From a bacterium (lineage in GTDB: Bacteria; Patescibacteriota; Microgenomatia; UBA8517), in the NCBI GenBank assembly GCA_030583725.1, contig CP129472.1:334958-398957 (forward strand): DNA of 64,000 nucleotides, given 5' to 3'. The notes under the pieces were generated by a model. It was not told the origin of the DNA, searched no databases, and worked only from the letters and a program-made list of their open reading frames with translations. Made by a program: the position numbers and the translations under genes. Positions 29,778 through 40,344 of the stretch are shown piece after piece. Each line of letters opens with the position of its first letter. Positions within the stretch are counted from its first letter, which is position 1.

Positions 29778-30308
29778 TCAAATTTTTGTTGCATCGTAAG
29801 CCCAATGAACAAGTGTTTGTCTTTGTTTCTTCCTGCAATCTAAATCATGAGGCTTACAGTTGTTTTTAAGTTGTACTAAGTGTCTTTTAATAGCTACCCA
29901 TCTTTTTATTTGTTTTTCGTCCTCACCTTTTATCCTCCTACCCATAAAGTATCTACAATACCACTGGAACCAACCCCTAGGATCTTCTCTATATATCCAG
30001 CCCTTATTTCTCCACACAGACAAAGGCTGGCTGGCATTCACTTTAAAAAAATTAAGACCTGGGTCATGAAATTCGTGACATAACTTTGCATTTTTATACC
30101 AGTCTTTTGGAAATTCACCCCCACAATCAGTCATGTATTTACCACCAAAAACTCCCAAATAAAGCATCTCCTTTGGTGTAAGTTCTGGTTTAAAACGAGG
30201 GTCAAAGTGCTTACCTATTGGCTCAGTTAAATAATAAACGTAGCCCTTTTGCATTACATCATTAACAACAACTTTTTTACCACCATATGGCAAGCTCTGC
30301 TTATTCAT
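29778..30308 (-). CDS. hypothetical Trp/Cys-rich protein
   Basis: A 176-codon ORF. Motifs such as WFQWYCRYFMGRR suggest conservation, but I do not recognise the family. Confidence 0.45.
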   Translation of the reverse strand: MNKQSLPYGGKKVVVNDVMQKGYVYYLTEPIGKHFDPRFKPELTPKEMLYLGVFGGKYMTDCGGEFPKDWYKNAKLCHEFHDPGLNFFKVNASQPLSVWRNKGWIYREDPRGWFQWYCRYFMGRRIKGEDEKQIKRWVAIKRHLVQLKNNCKPHDLDCRKKQRQTLVHWAYDATKI

Positions 30309-30790
30309 TACCTAATACCAAGAAGTTCTACCTCAAAAACTAAGGTAGCATTTGGAGGGATAACACCACCAGCGCCTTGTGCGCCATAGCCCAAAGATGC
30401 AGGAATAACTAATTTTCTCTTTCCTCCAACTTTCATACCATTAAAACCTTGGTCCCAACCTTGAATTACTTGTCCTGCACCTAATGTAAATTCAAATGGT
30501 TCATTTCTATCAACACTTGAGTCAAATTTTGTTCCATCAGTTAAAGTACCAGTATAATGCACTGAAATAATCTTGCCTGAAACAGCCTCAGGACCTGTAC
30601 CAACAACCAAATCTTTTATTTCTAATTCTTCCATATCAGTTTCTATATTTTGCAGGACTTCTTCACTTTCTGCAACAGGTGAAATACTACTTAGATCACT
30701 TCTTAATAAGAGAACTATACCAATAGTTGCCACAGCAACAATAGTAAAGTAACCAAAATATGAAATTAGACTGTTTTTACTTTCCTCCAT
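30308..30790 (-). CDS. FKBP-type peptidyl-prolyl cis-trans isomerase, membrane anchored
   Basis: [16 protein letters not shown]...[15 protein letters not shown]...LVFEVELL after an N-terminal TM helix. Confidence 0.85.
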   Translation of the reverse strand: MEESKNSLISYFGYFTIVAVATIGIVLLLRSDLSSISPVAESEEVLQNIETDMEELEIKDLVVGTGPEAVSGKIISVHYTGTLTDGTKFDSSVDRNEPFEFTLGAGQVIQGWDQGFNGMKVGGKRKLVIPASLGYGAQGAGGVIPPNATLVFEVELLGIR

Positions 30791-30926
30791 TTTGCTTCTA
30801 AAATATCTAATAACTATACACTTTACCTCAAAAAGTTTCTATGGGAAACAACTGGTCTCTTCAATCTCGTCTCAAGTTTTTTCCTTGCAACTCCTGCAAT
30901 TTCCCCACCATCTTCAGCATCTTTTT

Positions 30927-31544
30927 TTAGTTTTTTAAATCTTTTGAATCTTCAACTTTGTGAATCTCCGTGGTTGATCTTTCTCCAAGCATAGTAAAAA
31001 TTAATTCAAAATCATCCATGTGATCCCTTAAATTTTGACGTTTCAAACCTTTTAATTTTTTATATTGACTTGGAGTAACACCAAATGTAGCTTTTGAAAT
31101 TTCTGAAGTTAATATTTTATAATCCAAGTCTTTTTCAATTCCTCTATTTTTCCACTCGTTTGTTAGTTCTTCTCGAATAACAATCCCACGCATTCTTTTC
31201 TCAATCCATGAATCTGGATAACCTTTGAGTTTATATAGAATTCGAGTTCGTTTTGTTGCAAGCTCAGGATCTTCAATCTCTTGAATCCTTTCAAACCCTA
31301 CTTTTGCCAACCACCTTTTCATTGGTTCGACTTTCGGAGAAGGAATTGTTTGTATTATACGAAACATAGTTTCCGTATTTGCGCAGTCAGTCTCTCTTTT
31401 TTTACCATCAGGTGCAGTTAACTTCAACTGTCCGATTTTATCGGACAGTTCAATAAAACCTTCCTTAACTAACTTAGTTTTAAGATCACTCCAATATTTT
31501 CGAGGCCGTTCTGAACCTACCAAAATTTCAATGATATCAATCAC
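30927..31544 (-). CDS. Bro-N/DinD-like (phage antirepressor N-terminal domain family) protein
   Basis: A pattern reminiscent of Bro-N domains (FRIIQTIPSPKVEPMKRWLAKVGFERIQEIEDPE); an assignment made from memory. Confidence 0.4.
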   Translation of the reverse strand: MIDIIEILVGSERPRKYWSDLKTKLVKEGFIELSDKIGQLKLTAPDGKKRETDCANTETMFRIIQTIPSPKVEPMKRWLAKVGFERIQEIEDPELATKRTRILYKLKGYPDSWIEKRMRGIVIREELTNEWKNRGIEKDLDYKILTSEISKATFGVTPSQYKKLKGLKRQNLRDHMDDFELIFTMLGERSTTEIHKVEDSKDLKN

Positions 31545-31669
31545 CGAAAACCACCATTCTCCATGATGAATTTACTTTCTAACTTTTTTATTTCTAAAAA
31601 TTGCAATATGAGTATCTATCATACTTTAACAATAGTACGAATTATTACCGAAGTCAAGGAGTTTGACTC

Positions 31670-31691
31670 ATCCCACTTTTGGATAGTGGCA
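31670..31691. repeat. 22-bp direct repeat copy 1 (ATCCCACTTTTGGATAGTGGCA), a copy of the secA 3' end
   Basis: Identical to 32162-32183, which encodes the last 7 codons of secA. Confidence 0.8.
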
Positions 31692-31721
31692 GTGTTTGAA
31701 ATGCTATTCAAATAGGAATCC

Positions 31722-32135
31722 TTACAAATCACTTATGTCTTCTAGTATTTCTTTAGTTCCGGGGAGAAGTATAAGTTTGTTAACCGTTTTTCTATTAAAC
31801 CAACCAAATTCAGTGTGTTCATCACTTATTACAATATCATTTGGAGTAACGATTGCATTAAAAACAACCCTGAAACACAAAAAATTCAATCCTTTGGCCT
31901 CAATTTCATTGTGATATACAGATTTTAGTTCAAGTTTGTTAACTTCAATTTTAGTTTCCTCCTCAACTTCCCTTCTTATTGTTTCTTCAGGTGACTCACT
32001 GATGTTTATTTTGCCCTCGACTAATTGCCAATGATCAGGATATGAGCTTTTTTTACTTCTTTTAATGAGTAAGACTTGTTTTTTTGAATCTCGTATAATC
32101 GCAGTTGATATAACTAGAACCTTATCTATATTCAT
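31722..32135 (-). CDS. Nudix hydrolase
   Basis: A perfect Nudix box, GKINISESPEETIRREVEEETKI; length 137 aa. Confidence 0.85.
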   Translation of the reverse strand: MNIDKVLVISTAIIRDSKKQVLLIKRSKKSSYPDHWQLVEGKINISESPEETIRREVEEETKIEVNKLELKSVYHNEIEAKGLNFLCFRVVFNAIVTPNDIVISDEHTEFGWFNRKTVNKLILLPGTKEILEDISDL

Positions 32136-32159
32136 ATTGGTATATACAAAAACTAGTAT

Positions 32160-34859
32160 TTATCCCACTTTTGGATAGTGGCATTTCTTCCATTTTTTTC
32201 CAGATTTACACCAGCAGGGGTCGTTACGACCTATTTTTAAACCATTTGTTGTTGACATCCCTTGACCTGAGGCAAAAGTCGTAGTATTTAACAAGTTGTT
32301 GGGATTTTGTCGTGGGCTAGAAACACGAGAAACTTCAGACAACCCAGTTCCATCCTTTTTATCAATGTTTTCCCTCATTAAGTTAACTGGGATTTCTTGT
32401 GGTCTTTGTGTAACTCCAATTCTAAATATCCTTCTTGCTATTTCTTCATCAATTCTATTTAAAAGTCCTTCAAACATCTCGTATGCTTCACCTTTAAATT
32501 CTACTAATGGGTCACGTTGTCCATAGGCCCTTAAACCTATAGCACCCCTTAAGTCATCGATTGCATCAATGTGGTCAATCCAATGGTGATCAATTGCTCC
32601 TAGGTATGCATATTTTTCAATTTGGCGCATAACCGTCTCTCCAACTTCTTTTTCGCGTGAATTATATATATCTTTAAAAATTGATTCCAAAAACTCTTCT
32701 ACCGCTTGTGGATTACTTCTTTTTTGAAGCTCTTTTTTGAAATTTTTTGTAGATTCAGGATCAAATGGAATTACTTCTAGAAAACCTGCCGTAACAGCAT
32801 CATAGTCAACAGATTCAGTAACAGATTGTGATATCTTTCCTGCGTGGATTCCTAATTTTTCAGAAACTTCTTCTTTTAAATTGTTACTATCTAAAATTTT
32901 TCTCCTTAAAGTGTAAATTATTTCCCTTTGCTGATTGGCAACATCATCAAACTCAACTAAACGTTTCCTTGTATCAAAATGAAAACCCTCGACCTTTACC
33001 TGAGACTGTTCAATTGCACGACTTACAAGTGAGTTTTCAATTGGCTGATCATCAGGAATTGAAAGCCTATCCATTAATGATTTTATTTGTTCTCCACCAA
33101 AAATTCTCATTAAATCATCCTCTAGTGACAAATAAAACTTTGATGATCCTGGGTCACCTTGTCTTCCAGCCCTTCCTCTTAACTGGTTATCTATTCGTCT
33201 TGATTCATGTCTTTCTGTACCAATAACATGAAGTCCACCCACATTGATAACATCCAAGTGATCTCTCTCCCACTTTTTAACATCTTTTTGTGATTCAGGC
33301 TTTGCTCCTCCTAAAATAATATCGACACCACGGCCTGCCATGTTTGTAGCAACAGTTACGGCCTTAAGTCTGCCTGCATTGGCTATAATTTCTGCTTCTT
33401 TTTCATGGTTTTTAGCATTTAAAACATTATGTGGTATCTTTTTTCTTTTTAAGAGTTCTGAAACTATTACATTTTTTTCAATTGAGGTGGTTCCAATTAA
33501 AACAGGTTGACCAGCTTCATATCGTTCAACAATGTCGTTTGCAATAGCACCATACTTACCAGACAGTGTTTTATAAATTGAATCACCCTCGTCAATTCTT
33601 ATATTTTCCCTGTGTGTAGGTATCGCAACAACTTCTAGTTTATATATTTTTTTGAATTCCTCAGCTTCAGTTACTGCAGTTCCCGTCATACCTGACAAGT
33701 GTTCATACAACCTAAAATAGTTTTGGAATGAAATGGTTGCCAAGGTTTTACTCTCTTGCTGTATTACTACTCCCTCTTTTGCTTCTACTGCCTGATGGAG
33801 ACCATCACTCCATCTTCTGCCGGTCATTAACCTTCCTGTAAACTCATCAACAATAGTTACTCCTGCATCGTTTACAACATAGTCTCTATCTTTCAAATAC
33901 AAACTTTTGGCGCGAAGTGCATTTTCAATGTGGTGGATACTTTCAAAATCTTTTTCATACAAATTATCAACTTTTAATACTTTTTCAACTTTTGATATAC
34001 CTGTTTCAGTTAGAGATGCACTTTTAGCTTTTTCGTCAACTTTAAAATCAATCTCTGGCTGTAACTTCTCAACTAATTTTGAAAACTCGTAGTATTTTTG
34101 TGTGGGCTCAGTATCAGGAGCTGAAATAATTAATGGTGTTCTTGCTTCATCAATTAAAATTGAATCAACCTCATCAACAATTGCAAAGTAGTGCTCTCTT
34201 TGCACCATCTCAGATAAATTTTGAACCATATTGTCTCGAAGATAATCAAAACCAAATTCATTATTGGTTCCATAGGTGATATCACAGGCATATGCCTCTT
34301 TTCTTGATACTGGTTTTAAATGAGAAAGTCTTTCGTCGCCGTGGCTATTATCAGTATATTTAGGGTCATACACAAAAGATTTATTTTCTTGGACAATGAC
34401 ACCCACAGAAAGTCCCAACAACTCAAAGACAGGAGCATTCCACCCAGCACCAAGACGAGCTAAAAAGTCATTTACAGTAACCAAGTGGACACCTTTACCT
34501 TCTAAAGCCCTTAAGTAGAGTGCGGGGACAGCTGACAGCGTTTTACCTTCACCTGTTTTTTGTTCTACTATTTTACCTTCAAAAAGAGCTGTAGCTGCCA
34601 TTAATTGGACATCGTAGTGGCGTTGTCCCAAAACACGAAGTGAAGCTTCACGAGCAAGGGCAAAGGCGGAAGGTAAGGCATCTGTCAAATCTTGACTATT
34701 TGCAATTTGTTTTTTTAATTTTTCAGTTTCTTTTTTAAAATCTTCAAGTTTGAATTTGGTAAATTTTGACTCAACCTCATTGATTTGTGTGACAGTTTTG
34801 TTTAACCTGTCAACTTCTCTCTGGTTAAGATCTAAAAATTTAAATAAGTTTTTGAACAT
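32160..34859 (-). CDS. secA: preprotein translocase ATPase SecA
   Basis: 899 aa with DEAD motor motifs (Walker A GEGKT, DEVDSILIDEARTPLIIS) and a C-terminal zinc-binding tail (CWCKSGKKWKKCH). Confidence 0.95.
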   Translation of the reverse strand: MFKNLFKFLDLNQREVDRLNKTVTQINEVESKFTKFKLEDFKKETEKLKKQIANSQDLTDALPSAFALAREASLRVLGQRHYDVQLMAATALFEGKIVEQKTGEGKTLSAVPALYLRALEGKGVHLVTVNDFLARLGAGWNAPVFELLGLSVGVIVQENKSFVYDPKYTDNSHGDERLSHLKPVSRKEAYACDITYGTNNEFGFDYLRDNMVQNLSEMVQREHYFAIVDEVDSILIDEARTPLIISAPDTEPTQKYYEFSKLVEKLQPEIDFKVDEKAKSASLTETGISKVEKVLKVDNLYEKDFESIHHIENALRAKSLYLKDRDYVVNDAGVTIVDEFTGRLMTGRRWSDGLHQAVEAKEGVVIQQESKTLATISFQNYFRLYEHLSGMTGTAVTEAEEFKKIYKLEVVAIPTHRENIRIDEGDSIYKTLSGKYGAIANDIVERYEAGQPVLIGTTSIEKNVIVSELLKRKKIPHNVLNAKNHEKEAEIIANAGRLKAVTVATNMAGRGVDIILGGAKPESQKDVKKWERDHLDVINVGGLHVIGTERHESRRIDNQLRGRAGRQGDPGSSKFYLSLEDDLMRIFGGEQIKSLMDRLSIPDDQPIENSLVSRAIEQSQVKVEGFHFDTRKRLVEFDDVANQQREIIYTLRRKILDSNNLKEEVSEKLGIHAGKISQSVTESVDYDAVTAGFLEVIPFDPESTKNFKKELQKRSNPQAVEEFLESIFKDIYNSREKEVGETVMRQIEKYAYLGAIDHHWIDHIDAIDDLRGAIGLRAYGQRDPLVEFKGEAYEMFEGLLNRIDEEIARRIFRIGVTQRPQEIPVNLMRENIDKKDGTGLSEVSRVSSPRQNPNNLLNTTTFASGQGMSTTNGLKIGRNDPCWCKSGKKWKKCHYPKVG

Positions 34860-34906
34860 ACTTGCTTTGTCATTCTACCAGATATAGACTTCAAATAAAA
34901 TTATAT

Positions 34907-35272
34907 ATGAGCATAAGAGAAGCAATACGTGAAGTACGCAAAAAAAATAAAGAATCAGGAAGGCGTCGTGGTAAAGAAAGCGAAAACAAAGTCGGTGATG
35001 CTCTAGGAATATTGGCTGCTAATGGATACATCACTACCTCTTGGGATGCAAGTGGTACTGAAGACAAATTTGAGGGTATTGATAAACACATACAACTACC
35101 CGACGGAACAATAATCGACCTACAAGTTAAAAGTTCGAGGTCGGGTGTGGACATAGCCAGACAAAACTATCCCCATATACCAGCTATTGAGGTTGATTAC
35201 AATGAAAAGATAGACCATCTAGCCATGAGATTACTTGGACTGATTCGAGCAAAAGTTGAAGGTAGATTTTAA
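34907..35272 (+). CDS. hypothetical protein (possible small PD-(D/E)xK-like fold)
   Basis: A 121-codon ORF from the internal ATG. LPDGTIIDLQVKSS is weakly nuclease-like. Confidence 0.35.
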   Translation: MSIREAIREVRKKNKESGRRRGKESENKVGDALGILAANGYITTSWDASGTEDKFEGIDKHIQLPDGTIIDLQVKSSRSGVDIARQNYPHIPAIEVDYNEKIDHLAMRLLGLIRAKVEGRF

Positions 35273-35862
35273 TAGCTACAGATAAACATCAAGTTTGCTT
35301 CTGGATAAAACCAAGTTACTTTTGAGAATATTTCTTCTAGTTTTTTACCAAACCTAACAGTATCTGGTCTTTTATCTCCAAAATACAACCTATTAATGAC
35401 TACTGTGGGGAATTTTGTTAATTTTTTTAAAAATTCTTCACTCTCAAATTCTTTTGGAAAGTTGTCTCCAGAATACATATCTACAATTACTAAATCATAT
35501 TTACCAAATTTAAATTTGTTGGTATCTTCAATTTTAATATCAATATCATATTTATCTAAGTCAAAATATTCTTTACCTAATTCAACCATAATGGGATCTA
35601 TTTCAACTCCAGTTATTTTGGCTTCAGGATATTTTTTACGAAGCAACTTTGCGAGTGTTCCCCCACCTAAACCCAAGATTAAAATATCTCTATAATCCTT
35701 TCCAAGTTGTTTTATTGTTTGTTTCCAGATACTTTCAACAATTCCTCCAGACTGGGTTAATCCATTTGCTTGTATGTAAGTCCCCATTCCAAAAGTTTTT
35801 AAAACACGTAAATGACCATTATGCTTTGAATCTCTTTCCTCCAAAACTTGTGTACCTAGCAT
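35269..35862 (-). CDS. spermidine-synthase-like / class I SAM-dependent methyltransferase fold protein
   Basis: ILILGLGGGTLAKLL...VEIDP...DLVIVD resembles the spermidine synthase core. Confidence 0.55.
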   Translation of the reverse strand: MLGTQVLEERDSKHNGHLRVLKTFGMGTYIQANGLTQSGGIVESIWKQTIKQLGKDYRDILILGLGGGTLAKLLRKKYPEAKITGVEIDPIMVELGKEYFDLDKYDIDIKIEDTNKFKFGKYDLVIVDMYSGDNFPKEFESEEFLKKLTKFPTVVINRLYFGDKRPDTVRFGKKLEEIFSKVTWFYPEANLMFICSY

Positions 35863-35866
35863 GAAT

Positions 35867-37096
35867 TTATTCCATCCCTATCTTTTTCTTCCCCACCCAC
35901 TTTTGAAGAACTTTGGGAATATTTACTGATCCGTCTTCATTTTGGTAGTTTTCCAAAATTGCAATTATTGTTCTACCTATTGCAAAGGCTGTTGCGTCGT
36001 TCATATGTACATATTCAGTTCCTTCTTTTGTTCTTACTTTTGTGTTTAATCTTCTTGATTGATAATCTGTCATATAGTCTGATGTGTGAGTTTCTCTATA
36101 TCTATCTTGACTTGGAATCCAGCTTTCAATATCTATTTGTCTAAAGTCAGGCCCCCCCATATCCCCTGTACAAATTTGAATCACTTGGTATGGGATATCA
36201 AGAGCTTGCATAAATTCTTCTTGAATAGAAACAAAAAAGTCTTGTTCTTTTAAGCCATCTTCAGGAGTGGAAAAAGATTCCATTTCCAGTTTATCAAATT
36301 GGTGTTGTCTTAAAATTCCCTTTGTGTCTTTACCATATGAACCTGCTTCTCTTCTAAATGCAGGGGTGAAGGCAAAATATCTAAGTGGTAAATCCTTTTC
36401 ATTTAAAGTTTGATCCATATGCATCGGACCTAAAGTATGTTCTGCACTACCAATAAGCATTGTGTCGTCTTCTTTTAGGTAGTATCTTTCTTCTAGAGGA
36501 TCATGTCTTGACATTTTCTTCATGACCTCCGTTTTTAACATAAGAGGGGGAACAACGGGGATAAAACCTTTTTTAAGTAACACTTCCATTGCAAACTGAT
36601 GCAAAGCGTTTTGCAACAAAACGGCATCTCCCTTTAAATAATTAAATCTTGCGCCAGATACTTTACTTGCAGTTTCAGTGTCAATTATTTTTAAACTTGT
36701 ACCAAGCTCCATATGGTCTTTGGGATTAAATTCAAATTTTCGTGGTTCTCCCCATTTTCTGATTACTACATTTTCTGTTTCATCCTTACCTACTGGGGAA
36801 TCTTTTGAAACAACATTTGGAATATTATATAAGCTTTCTAAAAACTCTTGACTTATTTTTGATAATTTTGGTTCTAATTCTTGTAGTTTTGTTTTTGTTT
36901 CTTTTCCTTTTTCTATATTTTTTTCTAAAGCATATTTATTTTTTAAGCTTCTTAAGTTTTCAACCTCACCTATTAATTTTCTCTTTTTTTCATCTAATTC
37001 TAAAGCTTTATCAACAACAGTTGGATCAAGTTGTTTGTTATTTACAACTTCTTTGACCAAATCAACATTTTCTCTAATAAATTTAATGTCTAGCAT
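35867..37096 (-). CDS. serS: seryl-tRNA synthetase
   Basis: An N-terminal coiled-coil arm followed by the class II core motifs (FRRE, GSA); length 409 aa. Confidence 0.9.
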   Translation of the reverse strand: MLDIKFIRENVDLVKEVVNNKQLDPTVVDKALELDEKKRKLIGEVENLRSLKNKYALEKNIEKGKETKTKLQELEPKLSKISQEFLESLYNIPNVVSKDSPVGKDETENVVIRKWGEPRKFEFNPKDHMELGTSLKIIDTETASKVSGARFNYLKGDAVLLQNALHQFAMEVLLKKGFIPVVPPLMLKTEVMKKMSRHDPLEERYYLKEDDTMLIGSAEHTLGPMHMDQTLNEKDLPLRYFAFTPAFRREAGSYGKDTKGILRQHQFDKLEMESFSTPEDGLKEQDFFVSIQEEFMQALDIPYQVIQICTGDMGGPDFRQIDIESWIPSQDRYRETHTSDYMTDYQSRRLNTKVRTKEGTEYVHMNDATAFAIGRTIIAILENYQNEDGSVNIPKVLQKWVGKKKIGME

Positions 37097-37135
37097 GCTA
37101 CTTGATTATACCAATAAATATATTATAATCCATCC

Positions 37136-37378
37136 ATGTCAACTGAAAAGATAACAAACTGCAATCTCTGTGAAGAATATGGGTTCACTTGTAGACGAGC
37201 AAATCTTATCGAACGATGGACAGGTAGAGAAAAAATTGTAAAATTAAACAATAGTGGTCAAGAATTTGCTCACGATTTCACAATCGAAACGTGTGAAGTT
37301 GTCACCGGCGAGGTTCCTGCGAAAAAATATGCAAAACTTTTGATGAAAGTCATAGGTCAGGAAATATTAAGGATATAA
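37136..37378 (+). CDS. hypothetical small protein
   Basis: An 80-codon ORF in an otherwise empty gap. Confidence 0.3.
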   Translation: MSTEKITNCNLCEEYGFTCRRANLIERWTGREKIVKLNNSGQEFAHDFTIETCEVVTGEVPAKKYAKLLMKVIGQEILRI

Positions 37379-37410
37379 AAGATTCCATTGACCATAGCTC
37401 GACAGGTCTC

Positions 37411-37968
37411 CTATAAACCTAACTCTTGAGAAATGCTCTGCATTGAAGTTAACACAATTCCTATAAAATCAGGTAATTTAATTCCCAGTTTTTCTTCACA
37501 AAGTTTTATGTTTTCCCTTTCAACACCTTTTGCGAAATCTTTCTTGTCCCATTTTGAAAGTATGTTCTCTACTGTCACAGTGGATAATTTTTTTTCTGGT
37601 CTAATCAGGGCAACCGCAACAATTAACCCAGTTAATTCGTCACAACAGTAAATACTCCACTCCATATTACTCTGTGGTTCTCTGTCCATTCCATTATATT
37701 TCCAAGCATGTGCACGAATTGCATTTACAATCTTTTCATCTTCTTTTCTCTTTATTAGCTCATCAATTAAAACTTGAGGATGTTTATCTGGATATTTATC
37801 ATAGTCAGCATCATGAATCAAACCTACTAATTTCCAAAGATTTTCGTCTTCTCCGAAATGTTTTGCCAAACCACCCATTGAAGCCTCAACAGCCAACATG
37901 TGTTTAATTAAGTTTTTGTTTTGTGTCCAAGAAGTAACTAAACTAAAGGCGTCTTCACGACTGATCAT
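37411..37968 (-). CDS. HD-domain phosphohydrolase
   Basis: The HMLAVE...LIHDADY (H..HD...D) metal-binding motifs. Confidence 0.7.
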   Translation of the reverse strand: MISREDAFSLVTSWTQNKNLIKHMLAVEASMGGLAKHFGEDENLWKLVGLIHDADYDKYPDKHPQVLIDELIKRKEDEKIVNAIRAHAWKYNGMDREPQSNMEWSIYCCDELTGLIVAVALIRPEKKLSTVTVENILSKWDKKDFAKGVERENIKLCEEKLGIKLPDFIGIVLTSMQSISQELGL

Positions 37969-38306
37969 TACTTAAGTGAGTCTTTAAGTTTTAAGATTTT
38001 GAAGTATCTAACCATATTGCCTAATATTGTAATTGCCCAAAAAACAACTGGGACTGCAATAAAAGCCTGCATTATTTTCAAAGATGATGGTAAATATGGA
38101 TTGATAATTTCTGGAAAAACTGATGGTGCGCCAATAAATAAAAGTAAAGATAAAATTGAAACAGCTACTGATTCAGTAACATAATGAGTCATTTCTAATC
38201 TGAGTTCTGTTATTTGGTCTTTAACCATTTCTGCATTTACAGCCTGAAGGAGATTTGAAACTTTCACTGTTTTTACGCTGGTTCTTTTAGCTGTCTTTCT
38301 TGCCAT
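37968..38306 (-). CDS. hypothetical 2-TM membrane protein
   Basis: A 112-codon ORF translationally coupled to the HD gene. Confidence 0.4.
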   Translation of the reverse strand: MARKTAKRTSVKTVKVSNLLQAVNAEMVKDQITELRLEMTHYVTESVAVSILSLLLFIGAPSVFPEIINPYLPSSLKIMQAFIAVPVVFWAITILGNMVRYFKILKLKDSLK

Positions 38307-38354
38307 ATTCGTAATTTACCTCTTAATTTGTTAAATGTAAAGAGTTAATTTTTT

Positions 38355-39818
38355 TTAAGAGTTTTCCGGTCTTAATAATGGAAACAAAACTGTTTCCTTA
38401 ATTGGTTTGTCTGCTAAAAATGAGAATAGCCTTTCAGATACTCCAAAACCTGATACCGGAGGCATACCATACTCTAAGGCTCTTACAAAATCCCAGTCAT
38501 TCATTTGTGCTTCGGTGTCACCCTCGTCACGAAGTTTCTGTTGTTCTTCAAATCTTTCTGCTTGATCAATAGGATCATTTAACTCCGAATATCCATTACC
38601 CATTTCGCTACCTGCTAAGATTACTTGATATCTTTCTACTTTTTCAGGTTTGTCTGTCATCCTTTTGGCAAGGGGTGAAATTTCAACAGGGTGACCTGTT
38701 AAAAACACGGGTCCACTAATTTCTTTTCTTATACTCTTCCACAGTAGGTCTATTAAACGTGGCCTTGATAAGTCATCTCCTATTTTTATTTTTAAAGATT
38801 TTAGTTTATCTTTCAATTCCTTGACCGTCGTTGATGTTATATCAACCCCAGTTTTATCTAAAATGGTTTTAGTGTAATCTATTTTTTTCCAGTCTGAATC
38901 GAAGTCAACGACCATGCCATTGATCTCAAACTTCAACTTTCCAAATGTTTCTTTGATTACATACTTATACATTTCTTCAACTAATGCCATTGAGTCTTCA
39001 TAGTTTGCATAACCCCAGTAAAATTCCATTTGTGTATAGTCTTGGAGATGCTCACGACTTAAACCTTCATTTCTAAATTGTCTACCAATTTCAAAAGTCT
39101 TATCAAACCCTGCAACCATTAGTCTTTTTTGCCACAACTCACCCATTGAAATTCTTAAAAATAAATCAATATCCAAAGCTTCATGATGTGTAACAAAGGG
39201 GTTAGCATCTGCTCCGCCAGCCGTATTTTCTAAAACAGGTGTCTCAACTTCTAGAAATTCTTTATTCATTAAAAACTTTCTCATACTATTCCAAAACATA
39301 GATTTTTTCTTAAAGAGGTCTCTCAAATCGTCATTTAGTAATAAATCTACGTATCTTTGGCGATATCTTTCTTCTGTGTCTTTTAAACCATACCAAATAC
39401 TAGGTAGTTGCCTGATAGCTTTTGTTAAAATTTGAAAATCAGAAACTAAAACTGAGATCTCCCCAGCTTGGGTCTTAATAATTTTTCCAGTAACTGCCAA
39501 AAAATCTGCAGAATCAACTAATTTTAAAAGATTGTATTTATCCTCTAATATCTTTTTTGAAAAAAAAAGTTGTATATTACCAGAAGAATCTTTGAGGTCT
39601 GCAAACGTAACACCACCGTGTAATCTAATAGACATTATTCTTCCAGCCACCAAAACGTCTTTGTCCATTAAGTCACGAGAGTTATTAATAGATATGTGCT
39701 TGCCTTCTAATAGAATTTTGGAAGGATATGGATCAATTCCAAGTTTATTAAGTTTGTTAAGTTTTTCTATTCGTTCTTCGCGAACATTTTTTACGGTACT
39801 ACCTGTTATTTCATCCAT
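38355..39818 (-). CDS. lysS: lysyl-tRNA synthetase (class II)
   Basis: An OB anticodon-binding N-terminus and class II motifs (FLEVETP, FEIGRQFRNEG, GGxGxGxxR-type C-terminus). Confidence 0.9.
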   Translation of the reverse strand: MDEITGSTVKNVREERIEKLNKLNKLGIDPYPSKILLEGKHISINNSRDLMDKDVLVAGRIMSIRLHGGVTFADLKDSSGNIQLFFSKKILEDKYNLLKLVDSADFLAVTGKIIKTQAGEISVLVSDFQILTKAIRQLPSIWYGLKDTEERYRQRYVDLLLNDDLRDLFKKKSMFWNSMRKFLMNKEFLEVETPVLENTAGGADANPFVTHHEALDIDLFLRISMGELWQKRLMVAGFDKTFEIGRQFRNEGLSREHLQDYTQMEFYWGYANYEDSMALVEEMYKYVIKETFGKLKFEINGMVVDFDSDWKKIDYTKTILDKTGVDITSTTVKELKDKLKSLKIKIGDDLSRPRLIDLLWKSIRKEISGPVFLTGHPVEISPLAKRMTDKPEKVERYQVILAGSEMGNGYSELNDPIDQAERFEEQQKLRDEGDTEAQMNDWDFVRALEYGMPPVSGFGVSERLFSFLADKPIKETVLFPLLRPENS

Positions 39819-39833
39819 ATTTGTATTCTACAT

Positions 39834-39860
39834 TAAAAAAACCTCCTAGTTAAGGAGGTT
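39834..39860 (-). terminator. rho-independent terminator of greA (hairpin AACCTCCT-AGTTA-AGGAGGTT followed by a T-run on the minus strand)
   Basis: Read directly: an 8-bp GC-containing stem with a run of six or seven U's immediately 3' on the minus strand, 22 nt after the greA stop. Confidence 0.7.
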
Positions 39861-39882
39861 ATTGATTTAATTGATTGTTATT

Positions 39883-40344
39883 TTAATCAATTGCAACAAC
39901 CTCGTAGACTATCTTACCTACTGGCGCTTCAACTTCAAATTTTTCGCCTGCTTTTCTCCCAGCCAACGAAGATCCAAGAGGTGATGTATGACTAATTTTT
40001 TTGTTTGCTATATCAGCTTCCCATTCTCCAACTATTTCAAAAGTATTTTTAACACCATTTACACGAACTGTAACTCTTGAACCCACACCTGCACCAGATC
40101 CATTTTTAGCATCTGACACAACATCAGCGTTTTTAATAACTTGAGTTAGTTCTTCAATTTTCCCATCTAAAAACTCTAATTCTTCTTTTGAATTTTGATA
40201 GTCACTGTTTTCAGACAAATCACCTTGTGACCTTGCATTTGATAGTCTTTTAACTAATGCAGGCCTCTTTTTGTCCACCAAAAGTCCAAGCTCCTTTTTT
40301 AGAGCTTCTAAACCTTTTGTTGTTAATTGTATTTTATTTGCCAT
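39883..40344 (-). CDS. greA: transcription elongation factor GreA
   Basis: The N-terminal coiled-coil and C-terminal FKBP-like domain pattern; length 153 aa. Confidence 0.9.
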   Translation of the reverse strand: MANKIQLTTKGLEALKKELGLLVDKKRPALVKRLSNARSQGDLSENSDYQNSKEELEFLDGKIEELTQVIKNADVVSDAKNGSGAGVGSRVTVRVNGVKNTFEIVGEWEADIANKKISHTSPLGSSLAGRKAGEKFEVEAPVGKIVYEVVAID

